64,000 nt of DNA from Escherichia coli (GTDB lineage: Bacteria > Pseudomonadota > Gammaproteobacteria > Enterobacterales > Enterobacteriaceae): the NCBI RefSeq assembly GCF_050320075.1, contig NZ_CP190018.1; one strand, written 5' to 3'. Each line of letters begins with the position of its first letter. The stretch's first letter is position 1. Below are positions 53,686 to 64,000 of the stretch, one piece after another. A program made the translations under genes and the position numbers. The notes under the pieces are model-generated. The model searched no databases. It was given only the letters and a program-made list of their open reading frames with translations, and was not told where the DNA came from.

Positions 53686-54755
53686 GCTGAATTTACAATC
53701 CAAGTGCAACAAAAAAAGAAGTACTCATCAACTAGAATATAATTTTGTTTCCACACAAAAACCATTTCCAAATGATGAGTACTTCCTACCGACATCTTAC
53801 AATAAACGAGCGAGAAAAGATAATGATTTTACTCGCACAGGGCAAAAAACAAGCAGAAATTGCCAAAGCACTGGGACGTAGCTCCAGCACCATTTCTCGC
53901 GAGCTGAAACGACACGCTCTAGAAAGCTACAGTGCAACGAACGCACAAAACAGCTATTTGAAGCATCGTCAAAATAGCAAAGCACAGCGCAAATTAGAGC
54001 AGCCTGAATATTTCAATTTGGTGCAAGAAAAGTTTCTGACAGAAAACTGGTCGCCCGAACAAATCAGCGCACGATTAAAATTGGAAAAATCTGAATTATC
54101 CATTAGTTATTCAACCATTTATCGTGGTATTTATTCAGGGTTGTTTGATATAGGCGAACGCAAAGCCAGTCGCAAACTGCGCCACAAAGGCAAAACACGG
54201 CATACAAAAAATCATCATGAAAAACGTGGCAAAATTCAGATATCCAACCATTTGAACGACCGTCCCATTTCGGCGCAAAATCGCAGTCGCTTTGGACATT
54301 GGGAAGCCGATACCGTACTGGGTAAAGCGGGTGGAGCTTGTTTGCTGACGCTGACGGAACGCAAAAGTCGTTTTGAGTTGGTGAAGAAAATTCCTGCCAA
54401 AAAAGCCGAAGCAGTCCAAAAAGCCATGATTGAATTGCTGGATTCACATATATTGCGGTCAATTACGCCAGACCGTGGTAAAGAATTTGCCCAACATCGT
54501 TTGGTAACAGAAGCACTGGGTGTAGAATTTTACTTCCCCGAGCCGCATCAACCGTGGACACGGGGAACGAATGAAAATACAAATGGGTTACTTCGTGAAT
54601 ACTTTCCGAAGCACCAAGACATCAATCAGTGGAGCGAAGTTGATATTCAACAGGTGATCAATAAACTGAATTTACGACCACGTAAATGTTTAGGTTGGAA
54701 AACACCTTATGAAGTTTACTTCAAAAAATCGTTGCACTTGGTTTGACAATTCAAG
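53686..54755 (+). mobile_element. ISApl1 (IS30 family), upstream copy, transposase intact
   Basis: 1070 bp; imperfect terminal inverted repeats TGAATTTACAATCCAAGTGCAAC / TGAATTGTCAAACCAAGTGCAAC (reverse complement). Confidence 0.85.
53823..54746 (+). CDS. tnpA: ISApl1 transposase (IS30 family, DDE); 307 aa from MILLAQGKKQ, alternative upstream starts at 53772/53775 possible
   Basis: HTH region LGRSSSTISRELKR; C-terminal DDE integrase core. Confidence 0.8.
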   Translation: MILLAQGKKQAEIAKALGRSSSTISRELKRHALESYSATNAQNSYLKHRQNSKAQRKLEQPEYFNLVQEKFLTENWSPEQISARLKLEKSELSISYSTIYRGIYSGLFDIGERKASRKLRHKGKTRHTKNHHEKRGKIQISNHLNDRPISAQNRSRFGHWEADTVLGKAGGACLLTLTERKSRFELVKKIPAKKAEAVQKAMIELLDSHILRSITPDRGKEFAQHRLVTEALGVEFYFPEPHQPWTRGTNENTNGLLREYFPKHQDINQWSEVDIQQVINKLNLRPRKCLGWKTPYEVYFKKSLHLV

Positions 54756-54941
54756 ATACAAATTATAAATACTCTCAAGTGTATATTCAGTATGGGATTG
54801 CGCAATGATTGCCTAATAAAATTTCTGAAATATTTCTGTATCGCATAATTTTTTATATCAGATAAATTGTACTGGATTTCTTAAAAAATTGCAGTATAAT
54901 TGCCGCAATTATCCCACCGTTTATTTTTTGAGTAGTTTCTC

Positions 54942-56567
54942 ATGATGCAGCATACTTCTGTGTGGTACCGACGCTCGGTCAGTCCGTTTGTTCTTGTGGC
55001 GAGTGTTGCCGTTTTCTTGACCGCGACCGCCAATCTTACCTTTTTTGATAAAATCAGCCAAACCTATCCCATCGCGGACAATCTCGGCTTTGTGCTGACG
55101 ATCGCTGTCGTGCTCTTTGGCGCGATGCTACTGATCACCACGCTGTTATCATCGTATCGCTATGTGCTAAAGCCTGTGTTGATTTTGCTATTAATCATGG
55201 GCGCGGTGACCAGTTATTTTACTGACACTTATGGCACGGTCTATGATACGACCATGCTCCAAAATGCCCTACAGACCGACCAAGCCGAGACCAAGGATCT
55301 ATTAAACGCAGCGTTTATCATGCGTATCATTGGTTTGGGTGTGCTACCAAGTTTGCTTGTGGCTTTTGTTAAGGTGGATTATCCGACTTGGGGCAAGGGT
55401 TTGATGCGCCGATTGGGCTTGATCGTGGCAAGTCTTGCGCTGATTTTACTGCCTGTGGTGGCGTTCAGCAGTCATTATGCCAGTTTCTTTCGCGTGCATA
55501 AGCCGCTGCGTAGCTATGTCAATCCGATCATGCCAATCTACTCGGTGGGTAAGCTTGCCAGTATTGAGTATAAAAAAGCCAGTGCGCCAAAAGATACCAT
55601 TTATCACGCCAAAGACGCGGTACAAGCAACCAAGCCTGATATGCGTAAGCCACGCCTAGTGGTGTTCGTCGTCGGTGAGACGGCACGCGCCGATCATGTC
55701 AGCTTCAATGGCTATGAGCGCGATACTTTCCCACAGCTTGCCAAGATCGATGGCGTGACCAATTTTAGCAATGTCACATCGTGCGGCACATCGACGGCGT
55801 ATTCTGTGCCGTGTATGTTCAGCTATCTGGGCGCGGATGAGTATGATGTCGATACCGCCAAATACCAAGAAAATGTGCTGGATACGCTGGATCGCTTGGG
55901 CGTAAGTATCTTGTGGCGTGATAATAATTCGGACTCAAAAGGCGTGATGGATAAGCTGCCAAAAGCGCAATTTGCCGATTATAAATCCGCGACCAACAAC
56001 GCCATCTGCAACACCAATCCTTATAACGAATGCCGCGATGTCGGTATGCTCGTTGGCTTAGATGACTTTGTCGCTGCCAATAACGGCAAAGATATGCTGA
56101 TCATGCTGCACCAAATGGGCAATCACGGGCCTGCGTATTTTAAGCGATATGATGAAAAGTTTGCCAAATTCACGCCAGTGTGTGAAGGTAATGAGCTTGC
56201 CAAGTGCGAACATCAGTCCTTGATCAATGCTTATGACAATGCCTTGCTTGCCACCGATGATTTCATCGCTCAAAGTATCCAGTGGCTGCAGACGCACAGC
56301 AATGCCTATGATGTCTCAATGCTGTATGTCAGCGATCATGGCGAAAGTCTGGGTGAGAACGGTGTCTATCTACATGGTATGCCAAATGCCTTTGCACCAA
56401 AAGAACAGCGCAGTGTGCCTGCATTTTTCTGGACGGATAAGCAAACTGGCATCACGCCAATGGCAACCGATACCGTCCTGACCCATGACGCGATCACGCC
56501 GACATTATTAAAGCTGTTTGATGTCACCGCGGACAAAGTCAAAGACCGCACCGCATTCATCCGCTGA
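54942..56567 (+). CDS. mcr-1: phosphoethanolamine--lipid A transferase MCR-1 (mobile colistin resistance)
   Basis: 541 aa; MMQHTSVWYRRSVSPFVLVAS N-terminus, five-helix membrane domain, sulfatase-like catalytic domain with the nucleophile Thr in the CGTSTAYS motif. Confidence 0.95.
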   Translation: MMQHTSVWYRRSVSPFVLVASVAVFLTATANLTFFDKISQTYPIADNLGFVLTIAVVLFGAMLLITTLLSSYRYVLKPVLILLLIMGAVTSYFTDTYGTVYDTTMLQNALQTDQAETKDLLNAAFIMRIIGLGVLPSLLVAFVKVDYPTWGKGLMRRLGLIVASLALILLPVVAFSSHYASFFRVHKPLRSYVNPIMPIYSVGKLASIEYKKASAPKDTIYHAKDAVQATKPDMRKPRLVVFVVGETARADHVSFNGYERDTFPQLAKIDGVTNFSNVTSCGTSTAYSVPCMFSYLGADEYDVDTAKYQENVLDTLDRLGVSILWRDNNSDSKGVMDKLPKAQFADYKSATNNAICNTNPYNECRDVGMLVGLDDFVAANNGKDMLIMLHQMGNHGPAYFKRYDEKFAKFTPVCEGNELAKCEHQSLINAYDNALLATDDFIAQSIQWLQTHSNAYDVSMLYVSDHGESLGENGVYLHGMPNAFAPKEQRSVPAFFWTDKQTGITPMATDTVLTHDAITPTLLKLFDVTADKVKDRTAFIR

Positions 56568-56614
56568 TTTCTCCCTGTATTTTTTCCAAACCCACCGCAC
56601 ACTCCATTCGTATT

Positions 56615-57361
56615 ATGGGCGGTGGGGTGGGGTTTGTTATGCCGTATTTATCAAATAAACGCCTACTTGCTGAGATGAGTATCGCTCTTGTCATGGCGAT
56701 CGTTGCCACGCTGACCCTTGAGCACAGTCAGATTGATCTGATGGTCGCTGATTGGTTTTATCTGGGTATGGGGCATTGGATGGTTGCCAAGCAAGCTTTT
56801 TTGCCAGATTTGCTACTGTATTCTGGACTAAAAAAGCTGCTGATGGCGATGCTGATCTACTTGCTGGTTGCGACCATTTGCCGTGCTTATCATGAGAAAA
56901 AGGGCAATGCTATCACTGCCAAGTGGCTTGTCCCAGTGACAAAATTTCGCGTGCGTGAGCTTGCGTATCTGGTGCTGACTTTGATCCTAGTGCCGACAGT
57001 TGTCGCGTCATTGAAGGCATATACTCATGTGGTCTGCCCTGTGCATTTGACGATTTTTGATGGTACGCTGCCGTATTTGCCGATGCTTGATAGTATGCGT
57101 AACACCATTCCTGATAAGTGCTTTCCTGCGGCGCATGCCAGTAGCGGATTTGCGCTGTTTGCCTTTGCGTTTGCGCCAAGTTTGCGCCGCCGTCGTGGTG
57201 CGATCATCATCGTGGTGATGGCATTGGGCTGGGCGATGGGCTGCTATAAGATGATTATTGGCGATCATTTTTTGAGCCATACGGTGGTGTCGATGATGCT
57301 TGCGTGGGCGATGTCGGCAGGGCTTGCGTGGGTGTTTTTTAAGAAGGGTGAACAAGTTTAA
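56615..57361 (+). CDS. pap2: PAP2-family membrane phosphatase (start may be 56639)
   Basis: 248-aa hydrophobic protein directly downstream of mcr-1, as in the mcr-1 cassette. Confidence 0.8.
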   Translation: MGGGVGFVMPYLSNKRLLAEMSIALVMAIVATLTLEHSQIDLMVADWFYLGMGHWMVAKQAFLPDLLLYSGLKKLLMAMLIYLLVATICRAYHEKKGNAITAKWLVPVTKFRVRELAYLVLTLILVPTVVASLKAYTHVVCPVHLTIFDGTLPYLPMLDSMRNTIPDKCFPAAHASSGFALFAFAFAPSLRRRRGAIIIVVMALGWAMGCYKMIIGDHFLSHTVVSMMLAWAMSAGLAWVFFKKGEQV

Positions 57362-57364
57362 TCG

Positions 57365-58434
57365 GCTGAATTTACAATCCAAGTGCAACAAAAAAAGAAG
57401 TACTCATCAACTAGAATATAATTTTGTTTCCACACAAAAACCACTTCCAAATGATGAGTACTTCCTACCGACATCTTACAATAAACGAGCGAGAAAAGAT
57501 AATGATTTTACTCGCACAGGGCAAAAAATAAGCAGAAATTGCCAAAGCACTGGGACGTAGCTCCAGCACCATTTCTCGCGAGCTGAAACGACACGCTCTA
57601 GAAAGCTACAGTGCAACGAACGCACAAAACAGCTATTTGAAGCATCGTCAAAATAGCAAAGCACAGCGCAAATTAGAGCAGCCTGAATATTTCAATTTGG
57701 TGCAAGAAAAGTTTCTGACAGAAAACTGGTCGCCCGAACAAATCAGCGCACGATTAAAATTGGAAAAATCTGAATTATCCATTAGTTATTCAACCATTTA
57801 TCGTGGTATTTATTCAGGGTTGTTTGATATAGGCGAACGCAAAGCCAGTCGCAAACTGCGCCACAAAGGCAAAACACGGCATACAAAAAATCATCATGAA
57901 AAACGTGGCAAAATTCAGATATCCAACCATTTGAACGACCGTCCCATTTCGGCGCAAAATCGCAGTCGCTTTGGACATTGGGAAGCCGATACCGTACTGG
58001 GTAAAGCGGGTGGAGCTTGTTTGCTGACGCTGACGGAACGCAAAAGTCGTTTTGAGTTGGTGAAGAAAATTCCTGCCAAAAAAGCCGAAGCAGTCCAAAA
58101 AGCCATGATTGAATTGCTGGATTCACATATATTGCGGTCAATTACGCCAGACCGTGGTAAAGAATTTGCCCAACATCGTTTGGTAACAGAAGCACTGGGT
58201 GTAGAATTTTACTTCCCCGAGCCGCATCAACCGTGGACACGGGGAACGAATGAAAATACAAATGGGTTACTTCGTGAATACTTTCCGAAGCACCAAGACA
58301 TCAATCAGTGGAGCGAAGTTGATATTCAACAGGTGATCAATAAACTGAATTTACGACCACGTAAATGTTTAGGTTGGAAAACACCTTATGAAGTTTACTT
58401 CAAAAAATCGTTGCACTTGGTTTGACAATTCAAG
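57365..58434 (+). mobile_element. ISApl1, downstream copy, transposase inactivated
   Basis: Co-linear with the upstream copy at a fixed offset of 3679 bp; at least two substitutions seen, including the nonsense change. Confidence 0.85.
57502..58425 (+). pseudogene. tnpA: ISApl1 transposase pseudogene, codon 10 CAA->TAA (57529..57531)
   Basis: GGCAAAAAATAAGCAGAAATT here versus GGCAAAAAACAAGCAGAAATT in the upstream copy; remainder of the frame matches copy 1. Confidence 0.8.
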
Positions 58435-58436
58435 AG

Positions 58437-58470
58437 AAAAAACCCGGCGCTAAATGCTTACCGGGTTTTA
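58437..58470 (-). terminator. rho-independent terminator of hrpA
   Basis: Hairpin CCCGG...CCGGG with flanking A and T tracts just downstream of the hrpA stop. Confidence 0.55.
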
Positions 58471-58493
58471 GATTTATCAGGCAAATAGCAGTG

Positions 58494-61400
58494 TTAACCG
58501 CTAATCTGCTCCATCGCCTGCAAAATACGCTTATCTGAAATCGGATAAGGCGTACCAAGTTGTTGAGCGAAGTAACTAACGCGCAACTCTTCTATCATCC
58601 AACGGATCTCTTTCACGTCTTCATCCTCACGACGTGCGGGCGGCAGTTTGTTGATCCATTGCTGCCACGCCTGCTGGACATTTTCGACTTTCAGCATCTG
58701 AGCACGGTCGCGATGTGGGTCAACCGCCAGTTTTTCCAGCCGTTTTTCAATCGCCTGCAAATAACGCAGCGTGTCGCCCAACCGTTTGAAGCCGTTACTA
58801 GTGACAAAACCGCGATATACCAACCCGCCCATCTGCGCTTTAATGTCAGAAAGCCCCAGCGCCATGGTCATATCCACCCGCCCTTTCAGACGTTTATTGA
58901 TATTGAACACCGCAGTAAGGATTTGCTCGACCTGCTTCGCAATATCCACCACCGTGTCGTTCAGTTCAGCGCGGACTTTTTCATGCAGCGCAGCAAAACC
59001 TTCTTCCGTCCAGACCGGGCCACCATTGGCGTCGATCAGTTGATCCACACCGCAGGAGATACAGTCGTCGATCAGCTCCAGCACTTTGCCATACGGGTTA
59101 AAGTACAGCCCCAGCTTGGCTTTGTTTGGCAACTTCTCATGCAAATATTTGATTGGCGAGGGAATATTCAGCAGCAGTAGACGGCGAAGACCGTTCCACA
59201 TTGCCTGCTTTTGTTCCAGCGGATTATCAAACAGTTTGATCGCCACGCTGTCGCGTTCATCCACTAGCGCTGGCCACGCCTTCACTTTATAGTTGCCACG
59301 CTTCTGTTCGTAGCTTTCCGGCAGCTGACCAAAACTCCAGATATGTAAGCCGCTCTGCTCGATACCGTCATCCGCCACCGCAGACAGCGTTTCCTGCACT
59401 TTGCCTTTCAGCGCATCTTTCAGATCTTGTAGAGAGCGCCCTTCTTTTAGCTTCTTGTTTTTGTCATCCACCACACGGAAGGTGATTTTCAGGTGATCGG
59501 GCACCTGATCCCAGTGCCAGTCTTCGCGGTCAACGGTGACGCCAGTCATCCGCCGTAGCTCTCGTTCAAGGCTGTCGAGCAACGGCAATTCCAGCGGTGT
59601 GACGCGGCCTAAAAAAGCTTCGGCGTAGTTTGGCGCGGGCACAAAATTACGCCGTACCGGTTTCGGCAACGATTTAATCAGAGCAATCACCAGTTCGCGG
59701 CGCAGACCGGGGATCTGCCACTCAAATCCGCTCTCCTCCACCTGGTTAAGTAACGGCAGCGGGATATGTACCGTCACGCCGTCCGCATCCGCCCCTGGCT
59801 CAAACTGATAACTCAAACGCAGCTTGAGATTGCCCTGATGCCAGAAGTTCGGGTAATCCAGCTTGCTGATCTTTTCCGCCCCTTCTTTGATCAACATGCT
59901 CTTTTCAAAGTTGAGCAAATCAGGCGTTTCGCGGCTGACTTTTTTCCACCAGCTGTCGAAGTGACGTGCGGAGATCACATCGTGGCTGATGCGCTGGTCG
60001 TAAAACTCAAACAGCGTTTCGTCATCCACCAGAATATCGCGGCGACGTGTTTTGTGTTCCAGTTCTTCCACTTCGGCCCGTAGTTTCAGGTTTTCACGGA
60101 AGAATGCGTGACGCGTCTGCCAGTCACCTTCCACCAGCGCGTGGCGAATAAAGAGTTCACGACATAACGCCGGATCGATCTGGCTGTAGTTGACCTTGCG
60201 CGCGGCAACAATCGGCAAGCCATAAACAGTGACTTTTTCCGTTGCCATCACCGCGCCCTGCGCCCGTTCCCAGTGCGGTTCGCTGTAGGTGCGTTTAATC
60301 AAATGCTGAGCAACTGGCTCCACCCATTCTGGATCGATGCGTGCCGCAATGCGCCCCCACAGGCGGCTGGTTTCTACCAGTTCCGCCACCATTACCCATT
60401 TCGGCGGCTTTTTAAATAAGCCGGAACCGGGGAAAATGGAGAAACGCGCGTTACGTGCGCCGGTATATTCTTGTTTATCGGCATCTTTCATGCCGATATG
60501 GGAAAGCAAACCGGTCAGTAAGGCGATGTGAATTTCGCGATACTCCGCCGGTTCGCTGTTAACCGGAATGCCAAGTTCTTTTACCACCTGGCGCAACTGG
60601 GTGTAGATATCCTGCCATTCGCGCACGCGCAGATAGTTGAGATAATCGGTACGACACAGGCGACGGAAAGCGTTGGAAGAAAGCGCCTTTTGCTGCTCGC
60701 CAAGATAATTCCACAGATTTACAAACGCGAGGAAGTCGGATTCTTTGTCGTGGAAGCGACGATGTTTTTCGTCCGATGCCTGCTGTTTGTCCATCGGTCG
60801 TTCGCGCGGATCCTGGATGGAGAGCGCGGACGTGATAATCATCGCCTCACGCACGCAGCCATGTTTTTGCGCTTCCAGCACCATACGCGCCAGACGAGGA
60901 TCGACAGGCAATTGCGAAAGCTGGCGACCGAGCGGCGTCAGTTTATAGGCGCTGGCCTGTTCATCAGTGGTGATCGCGCCCAGCTCTTCGAGCAGACGCA
61001 CGCCATCCTGGATATTACGTTTATCCGGTGCTTCGACAAATGGGAACGCGGCGATATCGCCCAACCCCAGCGCGGTCATCTGTAAAATAACCGAGGCCAG
61101 GTTGGTACGCAGAATCTCCGGATCGGTAAACTCCGGGCGCGAGAGGAAATCGTCTTCGGAATAGAGACGAATACAGATCCCTTCGGACACACGACCACAG
61201 CGGCCTTTACGCTGGTTGGCAGACGCCTGCGAAATGGGCTCAATCGGCAAACGCTGCACTTTGGTGCGATAGCTGTAGCGGCTGATACGCGCCGTACCTG
61301 GGTCGATAACGTATTTAATCCCCGGTACGGTCAGCGACGTTTCCGCGACGTTGGTCGCCAGCACAATGCGCCGTCCACTGTGCGACTGGAACACGCGGTT

Positions 61401-62396
61401 CTGTTCGCTGTTCGAAAGCCGCGCATAAAGCGGCAAGATTTCGGTATGGCGTAAGTTCAGCTTGTTCAGCGCATCGGCGGTATCGCGAATTTCCCGCTCA
61501 CCGCTCATAAAGATCAGAATGTCGCCGGGACTTTCCTGGCTCAGTTCGTCTACGGCGTCAAAAATCGCCTGCAACTGATCGCGCTCGGTGTCATCGGCTT
61601 CTTCAACAATCGGGCGATAGCGCACTTCCACCGGATAGGTCCGACCGGAGACTTCGATAATCGGCGCATTATTAAAGTGGCGCGAAAAGCGTTCCGGGTC
61701 GATAGTCGCGGAAGTGATAATGATTTTTAGGTCAGGACGCCGCGGTAGCAACTCTTTCAAATAGCCGAGCAGAAAATCGATATTCAGGCTGCGTTCGTGC
61801 GCTTCGTCAATAATGATAGTGTCGTACTGCATCAGCAGGCGGTCTTGCTGGATCTCCGCCAGCAGGATACCGTCGGTCATCAGCTTGACCATCGTGTTAT
61901 CACTTACGTGATCGCTGAAACGCACTTTGTAACCGATGCAACCGCCCGGCTCCGTTTTCAGCTCTTCCGCAATACGGTTCGCCACCGTTCGTGCCGCCAG
62001 GCGACGCGGCTGGGTATGGCCGATCAGCCCTTTAATCCCGCGCCCCAGTTCCATACAGATTTTCGGTAGCTGAGTCGTCTTACCGGAACCGGTTTCCCCG
62101 GCGACGATCACCACCTGGTGATCACGAATCGCTTCGAGAATGTCCTTCTTTTTCTGACTAACTGGCAAATTGTCGGGATAAGTGATTTCCGGTCGTGCCG
62201 CTTCACGCAGCAGGACTTTCCCTGCCGCCTGGTCAATCTCTTTCGCCATCTCCTGGAAAATGGCCTGTTGTGCATCAGGATTTTTAACCTTCTTCACACC
62301 GTGCAGACGGCGTAAAAAACGCTGTCTGTCGCGCAGCATCAGCGAATCCAGCCGCTGCTGCAAGGCAGTAAAGGTCAATTTTTGTTGTTCTGTCAT
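58494..62396 (-). CDS. hrpA: ATP-dependent RNA helicase HrpA (DEAH-box)
   Basis: 1300 aa; Walker A GETGSGKTTQ, DEAH motif (IIIDEAHERS), helicase C-terminal and HA2 regions. Confidence 0.9.
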   Translation of the reverse strand: MTEQQKLTFTALQQRLDSLMLRDRQRFLRRLHGVKKVKNPDAQQAIFQEMAKEIDQAAGKVLLREAARPEITYPDNLPVSQKKKDILEAIRDHQVVIVAGETGSGKTTQLPKICMELGRGIKGLIGHTQPRRLAARTVANRIAEELKTEPGGCIGYKVRFSDHVSDNTMVKLMTDGILLAEIQQDRLLMQYDTIIIDEAHERSLNIDFLLGYLKELLPRRPDLKIIITSATIDPERFSRHFNNAPIIEVSGRTYPVEVRYRPIVEEADDTERDQLQAIFDAVDELSQESPGDILIFMSGEREIRDTADALNKLNLRHTEILPLYARLSNSEQNRVFQSHSGRRIVLATNVAETSLTVPGIKYVIDPGTARISRYSYRTKVQRLPIEPISQASANQRKGRCGRVSEGICIRLYSEDDFLSRPEFTDPEILRTNLASVILQMTALGLGDIAAFPFVEAPDKRNIQDGVRLLEELGAITTDEQASAYKLTPLGRQLSQLPVDPRLARMVLEAQKHGCVREAMIITSALSIQDPRERPMDKQQASDEKHRRFHDKESDFLAFVNLWNYLGEQQKALSSNAFRRLCRTDYLNYLRVREWQDIYTQLRQVVKELGIPVNSEPAEYREIHIALLTGLLSHIGMKDADKQEYTGARNARFSIFPGSGLFKKPPKWVMVAELVETSRLWGRIAARIDPEWVEPVAQHLIKRTYSEPHWERAQGAVMATEKVTVYGLPIVAARKVNYSQIDPALCRELFIRHALVEGDWQTRHAFFRENLKLRAEVEELEHKTRRRDILVDDETLFEFYDQRISHDVISARHFDSWWKKVSRETPDLLNFEKSMLIKEGAEKISKLDYPNFWHQGNLKLRLSYQFEPGADADGVTVHIPLPLLNQVEESGFEWQIPGLRRELVIALIKSLPKPVRRNFVPAPNYAEAFLGRVTPLELPLLDSLERELRRMTGVTVDREDWHWDQVPDHLKITFRVVDDKNKKLKEGRSLQDLKDALKGKVQETLSAVADDGIEQSGLHIWSFGQLPESYEQKRGNYKVKAWPALVDERDSVAIKLFDNPLEQKQAMWNGLRRLLLLNIPSPIKYLHEKLPNKAKLGLYFNPYGKVLELIDDCISCGVDQLIDANGGPVWTEEGFAALHEKVRAELNDTVVDIAKQVEQILTAVFNINKRLKGRVDMTMALGLSDIKAQMGGLVYRGFVTSNGFKRLGDTLRYLQAIEKRLEKLAVDPHRDRAQMLKVENVQQAWQQWINKLPPARREDEDVKEIRWMIEELRVSYFAQQLGTPYPISDKRILQAMEQISG

Positions 62397-62587
62397 AACG
62401 TTAGTGGGCAGTAGTCTGCCTGATTAATTTTCTTTTAAATGATAGATATAGAGTACCACATCGCGGCTTTCTATGCGTTGTTCAATAAATTCGAACATAG
62501 GCTTCGATTTATTGCGCTATCTCTGTGGCAGGATTGTGAATAAAGTGTCAGCAAGCAACGGGGCATCGCCCATTCAAACATCTATAA

Positions 62588-63202
<615 letters not shown>

Positions 63203-63315
63203 CCGGACACGATCTTGATGTGGACTGTAGATATTCAGTCCACATCTCAATCCGCTTACCTGTTTTCTATCGCTTTGTGCTCTTCCTTAAGCACAATCTG
63301 CGAGCGCCTGACTCG

Positions 63316-64000
63316 TTATTCTCGCGAAATACCATCCAACGTAGACAACACTTCCTCAGAAAGATGCAATTTTTCAGCAGCCATATTCTCCCGTAAATGC
63401 GCAACAGAAGATGTCCCTGGGATCAGCAAAATATTCGGTGAACGTTGTAACAGCCACGCCAGCGCCACCTGCATTGGTGTTGCGCCCAGGCTCGCTGCTA
63501 CATCCGAAAGTGTGGAGGATTGCAGCGGCGTAAAGCCCCCAAGCGGGAAGAACGGCACGTAAGCAATGCCAACGCGGGCCAAATCATCAATCATTGCGTC
63601 ATCAGCACGATGAGCAATGTTGTATTCGTTCTGCACACAGACGATTTCGGTAATCTTACGCGCCTCTGCGACCTGCGTCGGTGTGACGTTGCTCAGGCCA
63701 ATATGTTTTACCAGGCCTTGTTGTTGCATCTCTGCCAGCACGGTCAGGCTGGCTTCAATCGATCCTTCCGCCGGGCCATGACCATCCCCCATCATGACGC
63801 GCAGGTTAACCACATCCAGTACGTCCAGGCCGAGATTACGTAGATTATCGTGTACCGCTTTTTGCAGCTCTGCCGGAGAAAATGCGGGCAACCAGGAAGC
63901 ATCCTCACCACGTCGTGCACCAATTTTAGTGACAATTGTCAGGTCGTCAGAGTAAGGATGTAGCGCTTCGCGGATAATCTGATTGGTGACGTGCGGACCA
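63316..64000 (-). CDS. ydbC: aldo-keto reductase; N-terminal end lies beyond the window edge
   Basis: Frame open to base 64000; AKR-like sequence; adjacent to azoR. Confidence 0.7.
   Translation of the reverse strand, partial: GPHVTNQIIREALHPYSDDLTIVTKIGARRGEDASWLPAFSPAELQKAVHDNLRNLGLDVLDVVNLRVMMGDGHGPAEGSIEASLTVLAEMQQQGLVKHIGLSNVTPTQVAEARKITEIVCVQNEYNIAHRADDAMIDDLARVGIAYVPFFPLGGFTPLQSSTLSDVAASLGATPMQVALAWLLQRSPNILLIPGTSSVAHLRENMAAEKLHLSEEVLSTLDGISRE

Larger units (their letters stand above)
53686..58434 (+). mobile_element. composite transposon Tn6330 (ISApl1 / mcr-1 / pap2 / ISApl1), 4749 bp, flanked by a 2-bp AG duplication
   Basis: Two direct 1070-bp ISApl1 copies bracket a 2609-bp mcr-1-pap2 segment; AG at 53684..53685 and 58435..58436. 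Confidence 0.85.

Noticed and set aside
53797-54462. Minus-strand ORFs inside both ISApl1 copies (53797..53985, 54103..54462 and their duplicates at 57476..57664, 57782..58141)
   Set aside because: Antisense to the transposase and present twice only because the IS is duplicated; no independent coding evidence.
54942-56567. Possibility that the mcr-1 region is a plasmid fragment
   Set aside because: The transposon is flanked on both sides by contiguous core chromosomal genes and by a matching 2-bp target duplication, so chromosomal integration is the simpler reading; only read-level data could exclude misassembly.

Overview
This window is a 64-kb stretch of Escherichia coli chromosome, syntenic (in reverse orientation) with the K-12 yddH-pptA ... 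ansP-yncE-yncD ... ydcR-hicAB ... tehAB ... trg-hokB-cybB-gapC-aldA-ydcF-hrpA-azoR-ydbC region, but from a non-K-12 strain. All identifications rest on reading the six-frame translations and the nucleotide sequence against recalled protein families; no database search was run. The most striking feature is a complete composite transposon Tn6330 (ISApl1 / mcr-1 / pap2 / ISApl1, 53686..58434) in the chromosome next to hrpA, carrying the colistin-resistance gene mcr-1; its downstream ISApl1 copy has a premature TAA in the transposase. Beside it lies an AT-rich islet of three small uncharacterised genes (52187..53512), which I recall as absent from K-12 and is the best candidate here for an undescribed system. 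Second is a full-length Rhs locus (5860..10071): GC-rich YD-repeat core, a divergent ~143-aa C-terminal tip after DPLGL, and a translationally coupled pentapeptide-repeat protein as putative immunity. It is flanked by two degenerate H-repeat (ISAs1-family) elements, one with an in-frame TGG->TAG, and by a decayed yncG. Other mobile or accessory content: IS150 with a 3-bp AAC duplication 15 bp upstream of mokB/hokB, an IS200-like element between yncD and mcbR, and an alkyl-sulfatase plus membrane diguanylate-cyclase module between the Rhs locus and pptA. No rRNA, tRNA or CRISPR array was seen. Coordinates read directly from the sequence may be off by 1-2 bp.
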